A program made the translations under genes and the position numbers. A stretch of 64,000 bases of DNA from a virus, in the IMG/VR virus record IMGVR_UViG_3300006931_000029, positions 93,124 through 157,123 of that record; one strand, given 5' to 3'. Numbering within the stretch: the first letter of the stretch is position 1; every line of letters starts with the position of its first letter. Positions 18,146 through 25,917 of this stretch are shown piece by piece. The notes beneath the pieces are model-generated. The model was not told the DNA's origin and ran no database searches. It saw nothing but the letters and a program-made list of their open reading frames with translations.

Positions 18146-18758
18146 ATATCTCAACGATCAAGTTGGAGAATTCTGCTCTGACATCTGAGTGTGTCACGCA
18201 AGCGAGATTGTTGCAGACTAAATCGGTCAAAGCTAGCGGAAAACTGGTTGCAATCAGCTGCGGGGCATAAGCGCCCAAGAGTGGCAGAAGACTGAACATC
18301 TTTTTGCCGAAGACTAAGTCGGAAGTCGATCCCCACTTCTCGAAATCAACTGTCTTGGCGTTGGCGAAGCTCATTCCGCCGGAAATCAGGGCGTTGAACA
18401 GATGGACAGCAATCAACCGCGTCACCGGCATGTCCATCTTGTCCAGGGCGTCCGTGAACGAAGAGGAGCTTGATAGACTCTGCTGTACCGCTTTGATGCG
18501 CGTCAGAGAGGCAGGAACAAGTGCCAGACACCACCTGTTGGTCGTCTCTTCAGTGAACCGTTCGGCCTGGGCAAACCCGATTGCACGAGTGATGTGGACG
18601 AGCATCTCCTCCTTGGGAAACGTCTTGTCCGCCAGGATCAATTCGCCATCAGCTACGCGAGCGATGTCCGGCGTATTGCCAGACCGGACAACCTTCAGGT
18701 CGTTTAAGTCCGGCTTGAGGCCGATGGCGTTGAAGCGACTTTCGACGACATCAAGCAT
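18111..18758 (-). CDS. hypothetical protein
   Basis: 215-aa ORF. Confidence 0.4.
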   Translation of the reverse strand: MLDVVESRFNAIGLKPDLNDLKVVRSGNTPDIARVADGELILADKTFPKEEMLVHITRAIGFAQAERFTEETTNRWCLALVPASLTRIKAVQQSLSSSSSFTDALDKMDMPVTRLIAVHLFNALISGGMSFANAKTVDFEKWGSTSDLVFGKKMFSLLPLLGAYAPQLIATSFPLALTDLVCNNLACVTHSDVRAEFSNLIVEIFNSDLAVDGSA

Positions 18759-19321
18759 CAGGAGGCAGGAACGACGGCGGGGACAGCTGCGGCAGGCGCA
18801 CCTGGGGTCGCCGGCTTCGGGCCAGCGTTGAGACGCTTGAGCTCTTCGGCCTTGTAGGAACGCTCAACCTTCGGACGAGAATTGTCAGCGAAGGAAAGTT
18901 CAAAGGTACCATCCGGTTTGCGGGACTTGACGACGGCGCGGATCGGTTGGCCGTTTTCAGCAACGGCGACTTCGTCACCGATTTCAACCACACCACCAGC
19001 CGTAGGAGCTCCGAACGCCTCAACGACCTGACAGGCCGCGGTGTGGCTCGTGAACCGGCGATAGATGTTGTTGACTGGCGCCTGCTCAGGCTTCGGCGAA
19101 TCCTTGTATCCGGCAGCGAGACGGCGAAGCTCTTCGAGAATTTCGTGCGACTCCGTGACCGAGAGTTCGCCTGAGTCGTAGTTCGGTTCGACCCAGCGAC
19201 GTTCCATGGCAAGCTCATACCCGGCTTGGCCTAGGGTCTCCTGCAGCTCACCAAACATGATGATCGGCGACACGCTGTTTCGGCGATTCAAGACCTTGAA
19301 AGCGACTTCGGATTCGTTCAT
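18758..19321 (-). CDS. hypothetical protein
   Basis: 187-aa ORF; alternative frame 18751..19218 judged shadow. Confidence 0.4.
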   Translation of the reverse strand: MNESEVAFKVLNRRNSVSPIIMFGELQETLGQAGYELAMERRWVEPNYDSGELSVTESHEILEELRRLAAGYKDSPKPEQAPVNNIYRRFTSHTAACQVVEAFGAPTAGGVVEIGDEVAVAENGQPIRAVVKSRKPDGTFELSFADNSRPKVERSYKAEELKRLNAGPKPATPGAPAAAVPAVVPAS

Positions 19322-19347
19322 GTTCTTAATTACACAACCTTTTCCAC

Positions 19348-19896
19348 ATGCCTATCGTATTCGAAAAAGCTCCTCAGGACGTCCGGGAACTCCTTCAACT
19401 TGTCATCCAAGAACATCACCGGGACCTGGCGGACGCTAACGTCAATGTCGGAGTCTTGATGCAAACCAAGTTCGACAACGATGATAACGAGATTCCTTCT
19501 TTGAAGTGTCACGGGGCCATGGCGAACGCCGTCATCAAGGTTGTTTCTCGGAAAGATCGCACTCACCGCAACGAAGACTCCGAGATCGTGGTTGACGCCG
19601 TTATCTGGAAGACGTTGTCGGAGAAATGTAAACGAGCGCTGCTTGACCACGAGCTGACCCACCTCGTCGTGAAACGGGATCGCAAGACGCAGAAGTTTGC
19701 GTTGGACGATCTTAACCGTCCGCGCCTCGCTATGATCCCTGACGACTTCACGTTGACGGGATTCCTCGACGTCGTTCGCCGCAACGGTGACGCGGCTCTG
19801 GAGTACCAGTCGGTTTCCCGCGTTCACTTCGCAGTCATGGAAGCAGCAACGCAGGCCGGCAAGAAGGTTGCAGAAGAGATGGCCGCAGCGTCCTGA
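19348..19896 (+). CDS. hypothetical protein
   Basis: 182-aa ORF; stop overlaps next ATG (TGATG). Confidence 0.45.
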   Translation: MPIVFEKAPQDVRELLQLVIQEHHRDLADANVNVGVLMQTKFDNDDNEIPSLKCHGAMANAVIKVVSRKDRTHRNEDSEIVVDAVIWKTLSEKCKRALLDHELTHLVVKRDRKTQKFALDDLNRPRLAMIPDDFTLTGFLDVVRRNGDAALEYQSVSRVHFAVMEAATQAGKKVAEEMAAAS

Positions 19897-20177
19897 TGAC
19901 TGAAGTCGTCCATTGTCGACGCGAACTTTTCGACGTCTTCATTGGTCGCCCGTCGAAGTGGGGTAATCCGTACGTCGTGGGCCGTGACGGTTCACGAACC
20001 CAAGTCATTCAAAAATATCGAGCCTGGGTTGTGAACCAACCGCAACTGATGGCTGCGTTACCCGAACTGCGTGACAAGATTCTCGGCTGTTACTGCAGGC
20101 CATTGGCCTGCCACGGCGACGTGTTGGTTGATCTTATCGCCACCGAGGTGGTGAATCAGGACAAGACTCAGTCGTAA
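19896..20177 (+). CDS. DUF4326-like small protein
   Basis: WGNPY...YRAW...GCYCRPLACHGDVL pattern characteristic of DUF4326 family. Confidence 0.45.
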   Translation: MTEVVHCRRELFDVFIGRPSKWGNPYVVGRDGSRTQVIQKYRAWVVNQPQLMAALPELRDKILGCYCRPLACHGDVLVDLIATEVVNQDKTQS

Positions 20178-20628
20178 GCTTCGTCTTCAGGTACGCGATG
20201 CACATGCACTTCTGGCACAGGAAGCCATGATAGAAGGGGCATCCACGACATTTTGCGTATCGCTCTTCGTGTTGGGTTGAAGACACTGTTTGAAACCCAC
20301 TTCGTCTCCACTCAACCATGGATGACGCAAAGCGCCTCATCACTTCGCCACCAGATAGGTTCGCCTGCTGAGTGGCGGCGAGAGCAATCATCGGCGATGG
20401 CAAAACCTGTTTGCCGCAGCAGTCGGAGTTCGCAACCCCAGTTTTCAGCTCGATGTCAGGAGCGTAACCGGCGTTTCCAACCGGTGGAAACCGCTTCTCG
20501 GGGCACCCCATGAAGCTGTTCAGATTGAAATTCTTCAGGCACCTTCCATTCCACCGAGGACAACCGAGGCAGATTTTCTGGCGTCCTGGAACGTCAGGTT
20601 GCGTTCGGTTGTTGCAGCAGCTTGGCAC
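20134..20628 (-). CDS. Cys-rich hypothetical protein
   Basis: 164-aa ORF with multiple CxxC (CLGCPRW, CRGCPFYHGFLCQKCMC); convergent overlap with previous gene. Confidence 0.35.
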   Translation of the reverse strand: MPSCCNNRTQPDVPGRQKICLGCPRWNGRCLKNFNLNSFMGCPEKRFPPVGNAGYAPDIELKTGVANSDCCGKQVLPSPMIALAATQQANLSGGEVMRRFASSMVEWRRSGFQTVSSTQHEERYAKCRGCPFYHGFLCQKCMCIAYLKTKLTTESCPDSPPRWR

Positions 20629-20968
20629 GACGAGGTTTCTTTTCTTTTTCTGGTGCGTTCAGTTTTCTGATGTCGTCGTCAGTGAGAAAGTCGTCTTGGT
20701 CGAAATCACTCCACTTGAGTCCCATCGCCGCCAGATTGTCCATCTCATCGATTACAGAATCGAGCTTGTCCTCTCTGACTCTGGCGTTCAACCAAACCTG
20801 GAGCTTCTCTAGGTAGAAGGCCCGGTGTTTTTGCCAACTGTCAGCAAAGTAAAAGTGCCCGATTTCATTCTCGATAAAATCGTAGGCAAGGTCATGTGCC
20901 TCAATGTCGTATCGCGGATGATCGTCAAAGGCAAATTCAACTAAGCTCTTGGCTCTCGAGTGTGGCAT
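20594..20968 (-). CDS. hypothetical protein
   Basis: 124-aa ORF. Confidence 0.4.
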   Translation of the reverse strand: MPHSRAKSLVEFAFDDHPRYDIEAHDLAYDFIENEIGHFYFADSWQKHRAFYLEKLQVWLNARVREDKLDSVIDEMDNLAAMGLKWSDFDQDDFLTDDDIRKLNAPEKEKKPRRAKLLQQPNAT

Positions 20969-21488
20969 CTCCCTTTACGTACGTTCGAATGCTGCCGAGA
21001 CAGAAAGTACTCTTGTTCGCCTCCAGCAGAATCCGAAGGTCCTGCCTGGTTATCGTCCCTCTATCAACCAAGGTGTCGATTGCATCCTTGTCTAATCCTG
21101 AAGATACACACGAAAATTCGGCGCTGTGACCGCAGCTAAATAGCCAAAGAGCAACGGCGTGACGAGAACGGTTGATGCCGCCGGAACAGTGGACAAACGT
21201 CGGAAGTCTTGCTCCAAAACAATAGTCAAGGGCTCGCTTGATTCCAAACAACGACGTGGTCGGCCACTTGGCGTATTCGTCAATTGGAAACCACAGCGCT
21301 TTGATCCACGGCGAAGCGTCAAACGTGAAGTACGGGCTGTCGGTGACATTGATGACGGCACGAAAATTCTCCAGCAACCATGCTCGTTGCTGGTGGATTT
21401 CTAGATTTTCAACTGAACCAATCGTGATACCGAAATCCGGAACCACGACCTTCACCCACGTCGGTTTACTGGAGGTCGTTAACGCCAT
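20937..21488 (-). CDS. dual-specificity/tyrosine protein phosphatase (CX5R)
   Basis: VHCSGGINRS active-site signature HCxxGxxRS. Confidence 0.55.
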   Translation of the reverse strand: MALTTSSKPTWVKVVVPDFGITIGSVENLEIHQQRAWLLENFRAVINVTDSPYFTFDASPWIKALWFPIDEYAKWPTTSLFGIKRALDYCFGARLPTFVHCSGGINRSRHAVALWLFSCGHSAEFSCVSSGLDKDAIDTLVDRGTITRQDLRILLEANKSTFCLGSIRTYVKGDATLESQELS

Positions 21489-21876
21489 CTAAACGTCTTC
21501 CCGTGTTAGGTTCGATTTGGACAGCTCGGTCGTCCCACAATTCCGTCATCGCAAAATCCTTTTGACACGTGATCGGAAGGACAACGCCAAAGTGCTTCTC
21601 ACACCATTTTCTAATGTGAATCGCTGCCTGCATCGCGTCGCTCTCTCGGTCGTTGGCGCCAACGAACTGCTCAACCCGATCTTCAGGGTGAATCATGTTT
21701 AGCGGCCAGACACGAGCTGTGAAGATTCGAACTTTCTTCCCTTGGACGAGCCAACGTCGAAGACGCAGAGCCATCGCTGGCACTGGTTCTCCGATGTGTT
21801 CAGCGTTTTTCCACCCCTGGTAATCGGCCAAAGTTCCGTCGAGGTCAACCCCGATCCATCCGCCAATGTGAGCCAT
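21466..21876 (-). CDS. HAD-superfamily small phosphatase-like
   Basis: GVDLDGTLA (DxDGT motif I), IFTAR (motif II-like). Confidence 0.45.
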   Translation of the reverse strand: MAHIGGWIGVDLDGTLADYQGWKNAEHIGEPVPAMALRLRRWLVQGKKVRIFTARVWPLNMIHPEDRVEQFVGANDRESDAMQAAIHIRKWCEKHFGVVLPITCQKDFAMTELWDDRAVQIEPNTGRRLDGVNDLQ

Positions 21877-23177
21877 TAGATTTCGTAGAGTCCGTGCAGT
21901 CGTGGACCATCCTTGATGGCTGCAAGATGCGCCTTCGTGTAGAGGATATTGTGGTCCTTGTGGAACTGCGACGGAAAGTAATTCTCAAGGTGCACAATCT
22001 GGAAACGGCACGTCGAGCCGAGATGTTTGATGTAGTGCTGCATGTGTTTCTTCGTGTAGTACCAGAAGCTGTTTGAGTTCCAGAACGACACGTGGCTCGG
22101 GTCTTGGTACGCTCCACGCCCATCAGTTGACGGCACTTCGATCAAGAACAAACCTCCGTGGTGCAGAACTCGGTACGCCTCATTCATAAACTGCACCACC
22201 TTGTTAGGATGAATGTGTTCAATCAAATCCTGAGCGCGTAGTGCTCCGACGCTGTTGTCTGGAAATGGCCACGTCTCTTCGAGATTGGCGATCACGGGCG
22301 CGTCGTGAACGTCGACTCCTTCCCAGCCAGGAGGAGGGTTGATTCCGCCGCCGAGATCGAGACAGCGAAGACCTTGCCGTTTCCAAAAAAAGACAGCAAA
22401 ATCTTGGATGAACCTGGCGTGGACTTGCCACGTCAGCTGTTCGATCAATTTCTGGTGCTTCAACCACGTGTTGTCGCCGTGGATCAGATATTTGTAGAGC
22501 ACCTTCTCGATGTGGTAAAAATTGCCCATGCTCATCTGATAGAGCTTGCACATCAGCTCAAGATCATCGCAAACCAGCATGTTTTCGTTGTGCCCTCCGA
22601 CAGCGTTGTAAGCGTCCATTCTCCACGCTCGAACATGGTCAGGAGCATACCAGATTCTCGTGACGTTTTGAGGAATTGCCAGCGGGTGAACAGCCACTCG
22701 GTGAGTTTCCACTGTGGCACCATGAAATTCGCGCTCAGTGTATTCCCAGCCATAAGCCGGACCATAAATTTCAGGTTTGCCGTCGGCGTGAATTCGCACA
22801 GCGTCAGAGAAAACAAAGACGGCGTTAGTCTTCAGGAACGCGGCCAAAACTTCTTCCAGACAATCTACTGATAGCTCGTCATCGTGGTCGAACTCGACGG
22901 CGAAGGGACTCATGGCGTGTTGACACGCCTTCTTTTTCAAAGCGCCGACGTTGATCGAACCATCTTCGTTTTTCTTACCCTCAAACGGGAAAAATTTGAC
23001 GCGCTGATCGTTCTCGACTATTGCGTAGCATTCTTTAGACGAGTTCTTTTGCAGGATTTTGCCGTTGAGCACCACGATCCATTCCCAGTCAGTAAGCGTC
23101 TGGCGCTTCAAACTTTGGTAGGCTTGCTCAAGCCACTTAATCGAGTTGGTTGGTGTGATAACTGAAATCTGAGCCAT
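21876..23177 (-). CDS. bifunctional glycosyltransferase family 2 / SAM-dependent methyltransferase-like
   Basis: N-term ISVITPTNSIKWLEQAYQSLKRQT (GT2); C-terminal part LDLGGG...HHGGLFLIEVP resembles class I methyltransferase fold. Confidence 0.5.
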   Translation of the reverse strand: MAQISVITPTNSIKWLEQAYQSLKRQTLTDWEWIVVLNGKILQKNSSKECYAIVENDQRVKFFPFEGKKNEDGSINVGALKKKACQHAMSPFAVEFDHDDELSVDCLEEVLAAFLKTNAVFVFSDAVRIHADGKPEIYGPAYGWEYTEREFHGATVETHRVAVHPLAIPQNVTRIWYAPDHVRAWRMDAYNAVGGHNENMLVCDDLELMCKLYQMSMGNFYHIEKVLYKYLIHGDNTWLKHQKLIEQLTWQVHARFIQDFAVFFWKRQGLRCLDLGGGINPPPGWEGVDVHDAPVIANLEETWPFPDNSVGALRAQDLIEHIHPNKVVQFMNEAYRVLHHGGLFLIEVPSTDGRGAYQDPSHVSFWNSNSFWYYTKKHMQHYIKHLGSTCRFQIVHLENYFPSQFHKDHNILYTKAHLAAIKDGPRLHGLYEI

Positions 23178-23211
23178 GTTGCGTTAGTAGAACGCCCTTA
23201 GCTCATCGGAA

Positions 23212-25113
23212 TCACATCGGAATCACGGTCACCCTCATGTCCATCGATCCAGGAGTTAAATCGCCGGCAAGCCAATTCTGAAGGTTCACACCAACAGTTC
23301 CAGATGACACAACGTTTGCGGTCACGACGGCGCCAGTAGGCCAAGCGAAGCCGTCGATCCGGTTGACCATCGCTGCGTCGTTAATGTCTACACCGCCAAG
23401 CGGAACGTTCAGATCGGACGCCAGGCCGGAACCAACGGTTCCAAAATCGTGAGACACGGTTGCTGTGAGTAGCGAGATTGAGCCTTGAAATCCTTGAGGA
23501 CCTTGAAATCCCTGCGAACCTGTGCTTCCTTGAGCGCCGGTATCTCCTTGCGCTCCAGTGCCGCCGGCTGCACCTTGAAAACCTTGAAAGCCTTGTGTAC
23601 CCGTTGAGCCTTGAAATCCCTGCGCGCCAGTATCTCCCTGCGCGCCCTGGAAACCTGCTCCTTGAAAACCTTGCGTTCCAGTCGTCCCTTGAAATCCTTG
23701 GCGGCCCTGAAAACCCTGAGCGCCCGTCACACCTTGCGATCCTTGCGCACCAGTAACGCCAGACGGCCCGGCAGGAACGAAGTCAACGACGATGTCTTCA
23801 AGGTCGCCGAAAGTTCCTTCAGTCAAGAACGGAGACACCGTGAACTTCCTGTAGCCTGTTGCCGTCACGAACAGCGTGACGTTGAAAAATCCAAAGACGC
23901 TAGGATCAACTGGCGAGTAGAAGTGGAAAATACCCTTCAGAGTGCCTGATCCGACAGAGTTAATAGCACCAAGCCATGCAGAGACGTCGACGTTGTTGTC
24001 GTTAGTCGTGCTGAAATACATTTCCGTCACGGAATCAGGATCGGCGTTGTTGAACGCAATCAAGCCGAGACCAGGGTCTTGGTCCACGGTGGACGTCGAA
24101 AAAGCGTACGGTTGGAAGTTTCCACCGAGATTGCCTTGCGGTCCTTGAAACCCTTGAGCGCCAAGTCCGCCTTGATTTCCAAGCGGGCCCGGAATTCCTT
24201 GTGGACCCGACGAACCCTGCGGACCGGCGATGACGCTGGGAGCGCCTTGCGGTCCTTGAAACCCTTGGAAACCCTGAAGTCCCTGGCTGCCGACGTTTCC
24301 TCTAGCTCCTTGAAACCCTTGCGTTCCCTCAGAGCCTTGAATGCCTTGATTTCCCTGTGATCCGCGCAAAAGAACTTGAGCCGACAGTTCGCTAGGAGTT
24401 TCCGTAGACGTCGTGTCTGCGCCTAGAGTTCCTTCAATGTTCTGCTGCGTAGCAACGTCCAACATTCCGATGATGTCTTGGCGGACCTGTGCAAGATTAT
24501 CGACAGCGGCCTGCTGTTCAGCAGTCAAGACTTTCGCATTTTCGCCACCGAGACCAATCCCATTTCGATAATTCTCCTGTGTCCGTTGAATAACCGGTTG
24601 CGTGTACACGCCGACCTGATTCGTGGCGCCGCAAATTGCTCTGGCGCAGTTGACTGCTTGAATGCCAGGGCCAATTCTCTTTTCAAACTCCTTTGCCGCA
24701 TCGCTGATCATGCCGTCAACTCGCGCCTGTAGTTGACCCAATTTTGCGAACGGATGCGTGTCGAGATTTCGCAGCAGCTTCAGGTAGGCTTCGTTTACGG
24801 CGTTCTGAAGATCGATCAACGCCTTGCCGTTGAACGGCGGCAAGAGTCCAGGACACAAAGCTTGAAGCTGATTGTATTTGTCGATGTCAACCAGCACGAT
24901 TGCGGTTAACTTAGACGGATCGACCAGAGGAATGTCTAGGCCTGCGTTGAAAAGCAAGTCGGCGACTCGACGCAGTGCTGCGAAGCGACCAATCAACTTG
25001 TTAAGCTGGTCAGTCGCGCCGACCGCGATCGCGTCCAGCATGGCGCAGAGTTCTTGTGGCGTGGACTGAGGCATTTTTCTAATTACAACGTTACTTAGGT
25101 CTAAGACCTCCAC
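23212..25113 (-). CDS. collagen-like triple-helix repeat fibre protein
   Basis: two blocks of G-x-Q/G-x-x repeats (GFQGAQGSQG...), Pro-poor; contains an approx 110-aa non-collagen domain (…ATGYRKFTV…) also repeated in 46014..48248. Confidence 0.6.
   Translation of the reverse strand: MEVLDLSNVVIRKMPQSTPQELCAMLDAIAVGATDQLNKLIGRFAALRRVADLLFNAGLDIPLVDPSKLTAIVLVDIDKYNQLQALCPGLLPPFNGKALIDLQNAVNEAYLKLLRNLDTHPFAKLGQLQARVDGMISDAAKEFEKRIGPGIQAVNCARAICGATNQVGVYTQPVIQRTQENYRNGIGLGGENAKVLTAEQQAAVDNLAQVRQDIIGMLDVATQQNIEGTLGADTTSTETPSELSAQVLLRGSQGNQGIQGSEGTQGFQGARGNVGSQGLQGFQGFQGPQGAPSVIAGPQGSSGPQGIPGPLGNQGGLGAQGFQGPQGNLGGNFQPYAFSTSTVDQDPGLGLIAFNNADPDSVTEMYFSTTNDNNVDVSAWLGAINSVGSGTLKGIFHFYSPVDPSVFGFFNVTLFVTATGYRKFTVSPFLTEGTFGDLEDIVVDFVPAGPSGVTGAQGSQGVTGAQGFQGRQGFQGTTGTQGFQGAGFQGAQGDTGAQGFQGSTGTQGFQGFQGAAGGTGAQGDTGAQGSTGSQGFQGPQGFQGSISLLTATVSHDFGTVGSGLASDLNVPLGGVDINDAAMVNRIDGFAWPTGAVVTANVVSSGTVGVNLQNWLAGDLTPGSMDMRVTVIPM
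23470..23770. repeat. collagen-like GxQ coding tandem repeat
   Basis: 9-nt periodic cc(t/c)tg(a/g)aa(a/t)cc-type units; all frames open. Confidence 0.55.
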
Positions 25114-25136
25114 CCAAACCCATTCTTCAAAAGGTA

Positions 25137-25451
25137 ATGAATCACGTCACCAGAGACCAATTAGCAGACACCTTGGCCTCCAAGCAAGGGCTCACAACGA
25201 TCGAAGCGCGCAAGACCGTCGACGTTTTTATCGAAGCGCTGGCCGAAGCGCTGGCCGGTGGAAAGGACGTTGAGCTACGAGGACTTGGTTCCTTCACGGT
25301 GAAACGCACGCGCCCACGCCCTGGTCGCAATCCGATGAAGCCTGAACAGCAAGTCATCATACCTTCGAGACTCGTTGTCAAGTTCCGACCGGGCAAGATC
25401 ATCAAAGGCGGTCTTACTAAGCTGAACGAGGCCGCCGCTCCTGTGACATAA
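25137..25451 (+). CDS. HU/IHF-family DNA-binding protein
   Basis: RGLGSFTVKRTRPRPGRNPMKPEQQVIIPSRLVVKFRPGK matches the HU/IHF arm signature (GRNPKTGE..I.IPA..V.F..GK). Confidence 0.65.
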   Translation: MNHVTRDQLADTLASKQGLTTIEARKTVDVFIEALAEALAGGKDVELRGLGSFTVKRTRPRPGRNPMKPEQQVIIPSRLVVKFRPGKIIKGGLTKLNEAAAPVT

Positions 25452-25479
25452 CTTCCTGTTTGGAAGTTCGGAATGGGGA

Positions 25480-25917
25480 GTGGACTTTTTCGTAATCATA
25501 CCGGAGAAAAGGAATACCGGGTACTGTTGCGTCAAGTTCTGTCGTCACAAAACTCGAAAGAAGTATCACGACGGAAACTTTTGCCGTCGCTGCCGAGATA
25601 GGCGATACGCGATCAAAAACCCAGTGTCCTACGCCTGGGACAAGTTGCGTTACAGCGCACGGCGCCGCAAGATTCCATTTGAATTGACAATGGACCAGTT
25701 TCGTGTTTTCTGCATTGAAACAGGTTACATCGAGCAGAAGGGTAAGTCCAGCACATGTCTGACGATCGATCGAGTCGACGCATCAAAAGGCTATGCCATC
25801 AGCAACATCCAGACGCTGACACAAACAGAAAATGGCCGCAAATCTTACGTCGACAGAAAGTTGGCCGAGTACAAGGCTCCTGAGATTGAACCGTACGACG
25901 AAGAGAATCCGTTTTAA
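25480..25917 (+). CDS. Zn-binding protein with degenerate HNH_3-like segment
   Basis: Cys-rich N-term; LTIDRVDASKGYAISNIQTLTQTEN resembles DHIDGNK..NNR..NLRLVT..EN but lacks the His. Confidence 0.3.
   Translation: MDFFVIIPEKRNTGYCCVKFCRHKTRKKYHDGNFCRRCRDRRYAIKNPVSYAWDKLRYSARRRKIPFELTMDQFRVFCIETGYIEQKGKSSTCLTIDRVDASKGYAISNIQTLTQTENGRKSYVDRKLAEYKAPEIEPYDEENPF

Noticed and set aside
23478-24360. Plus-strand ORFs inside the collagen-like gene (23478.., 23611.., 24079..); likewise 46570..47746 alternatives inside the second fibre gene
   Set aside because: Shadow frames created by the 9-nt periodic GxQ repeat; the long minus-strand frames are the coherent ones.
25455-25476. Hairpin AACTTCC-TGTTT-GGAAGTT after the HU gene as a terminator
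   Set aside because: No downstream U-tract (followed by CGGAATGGGG); not called as an intrinsic terminator.
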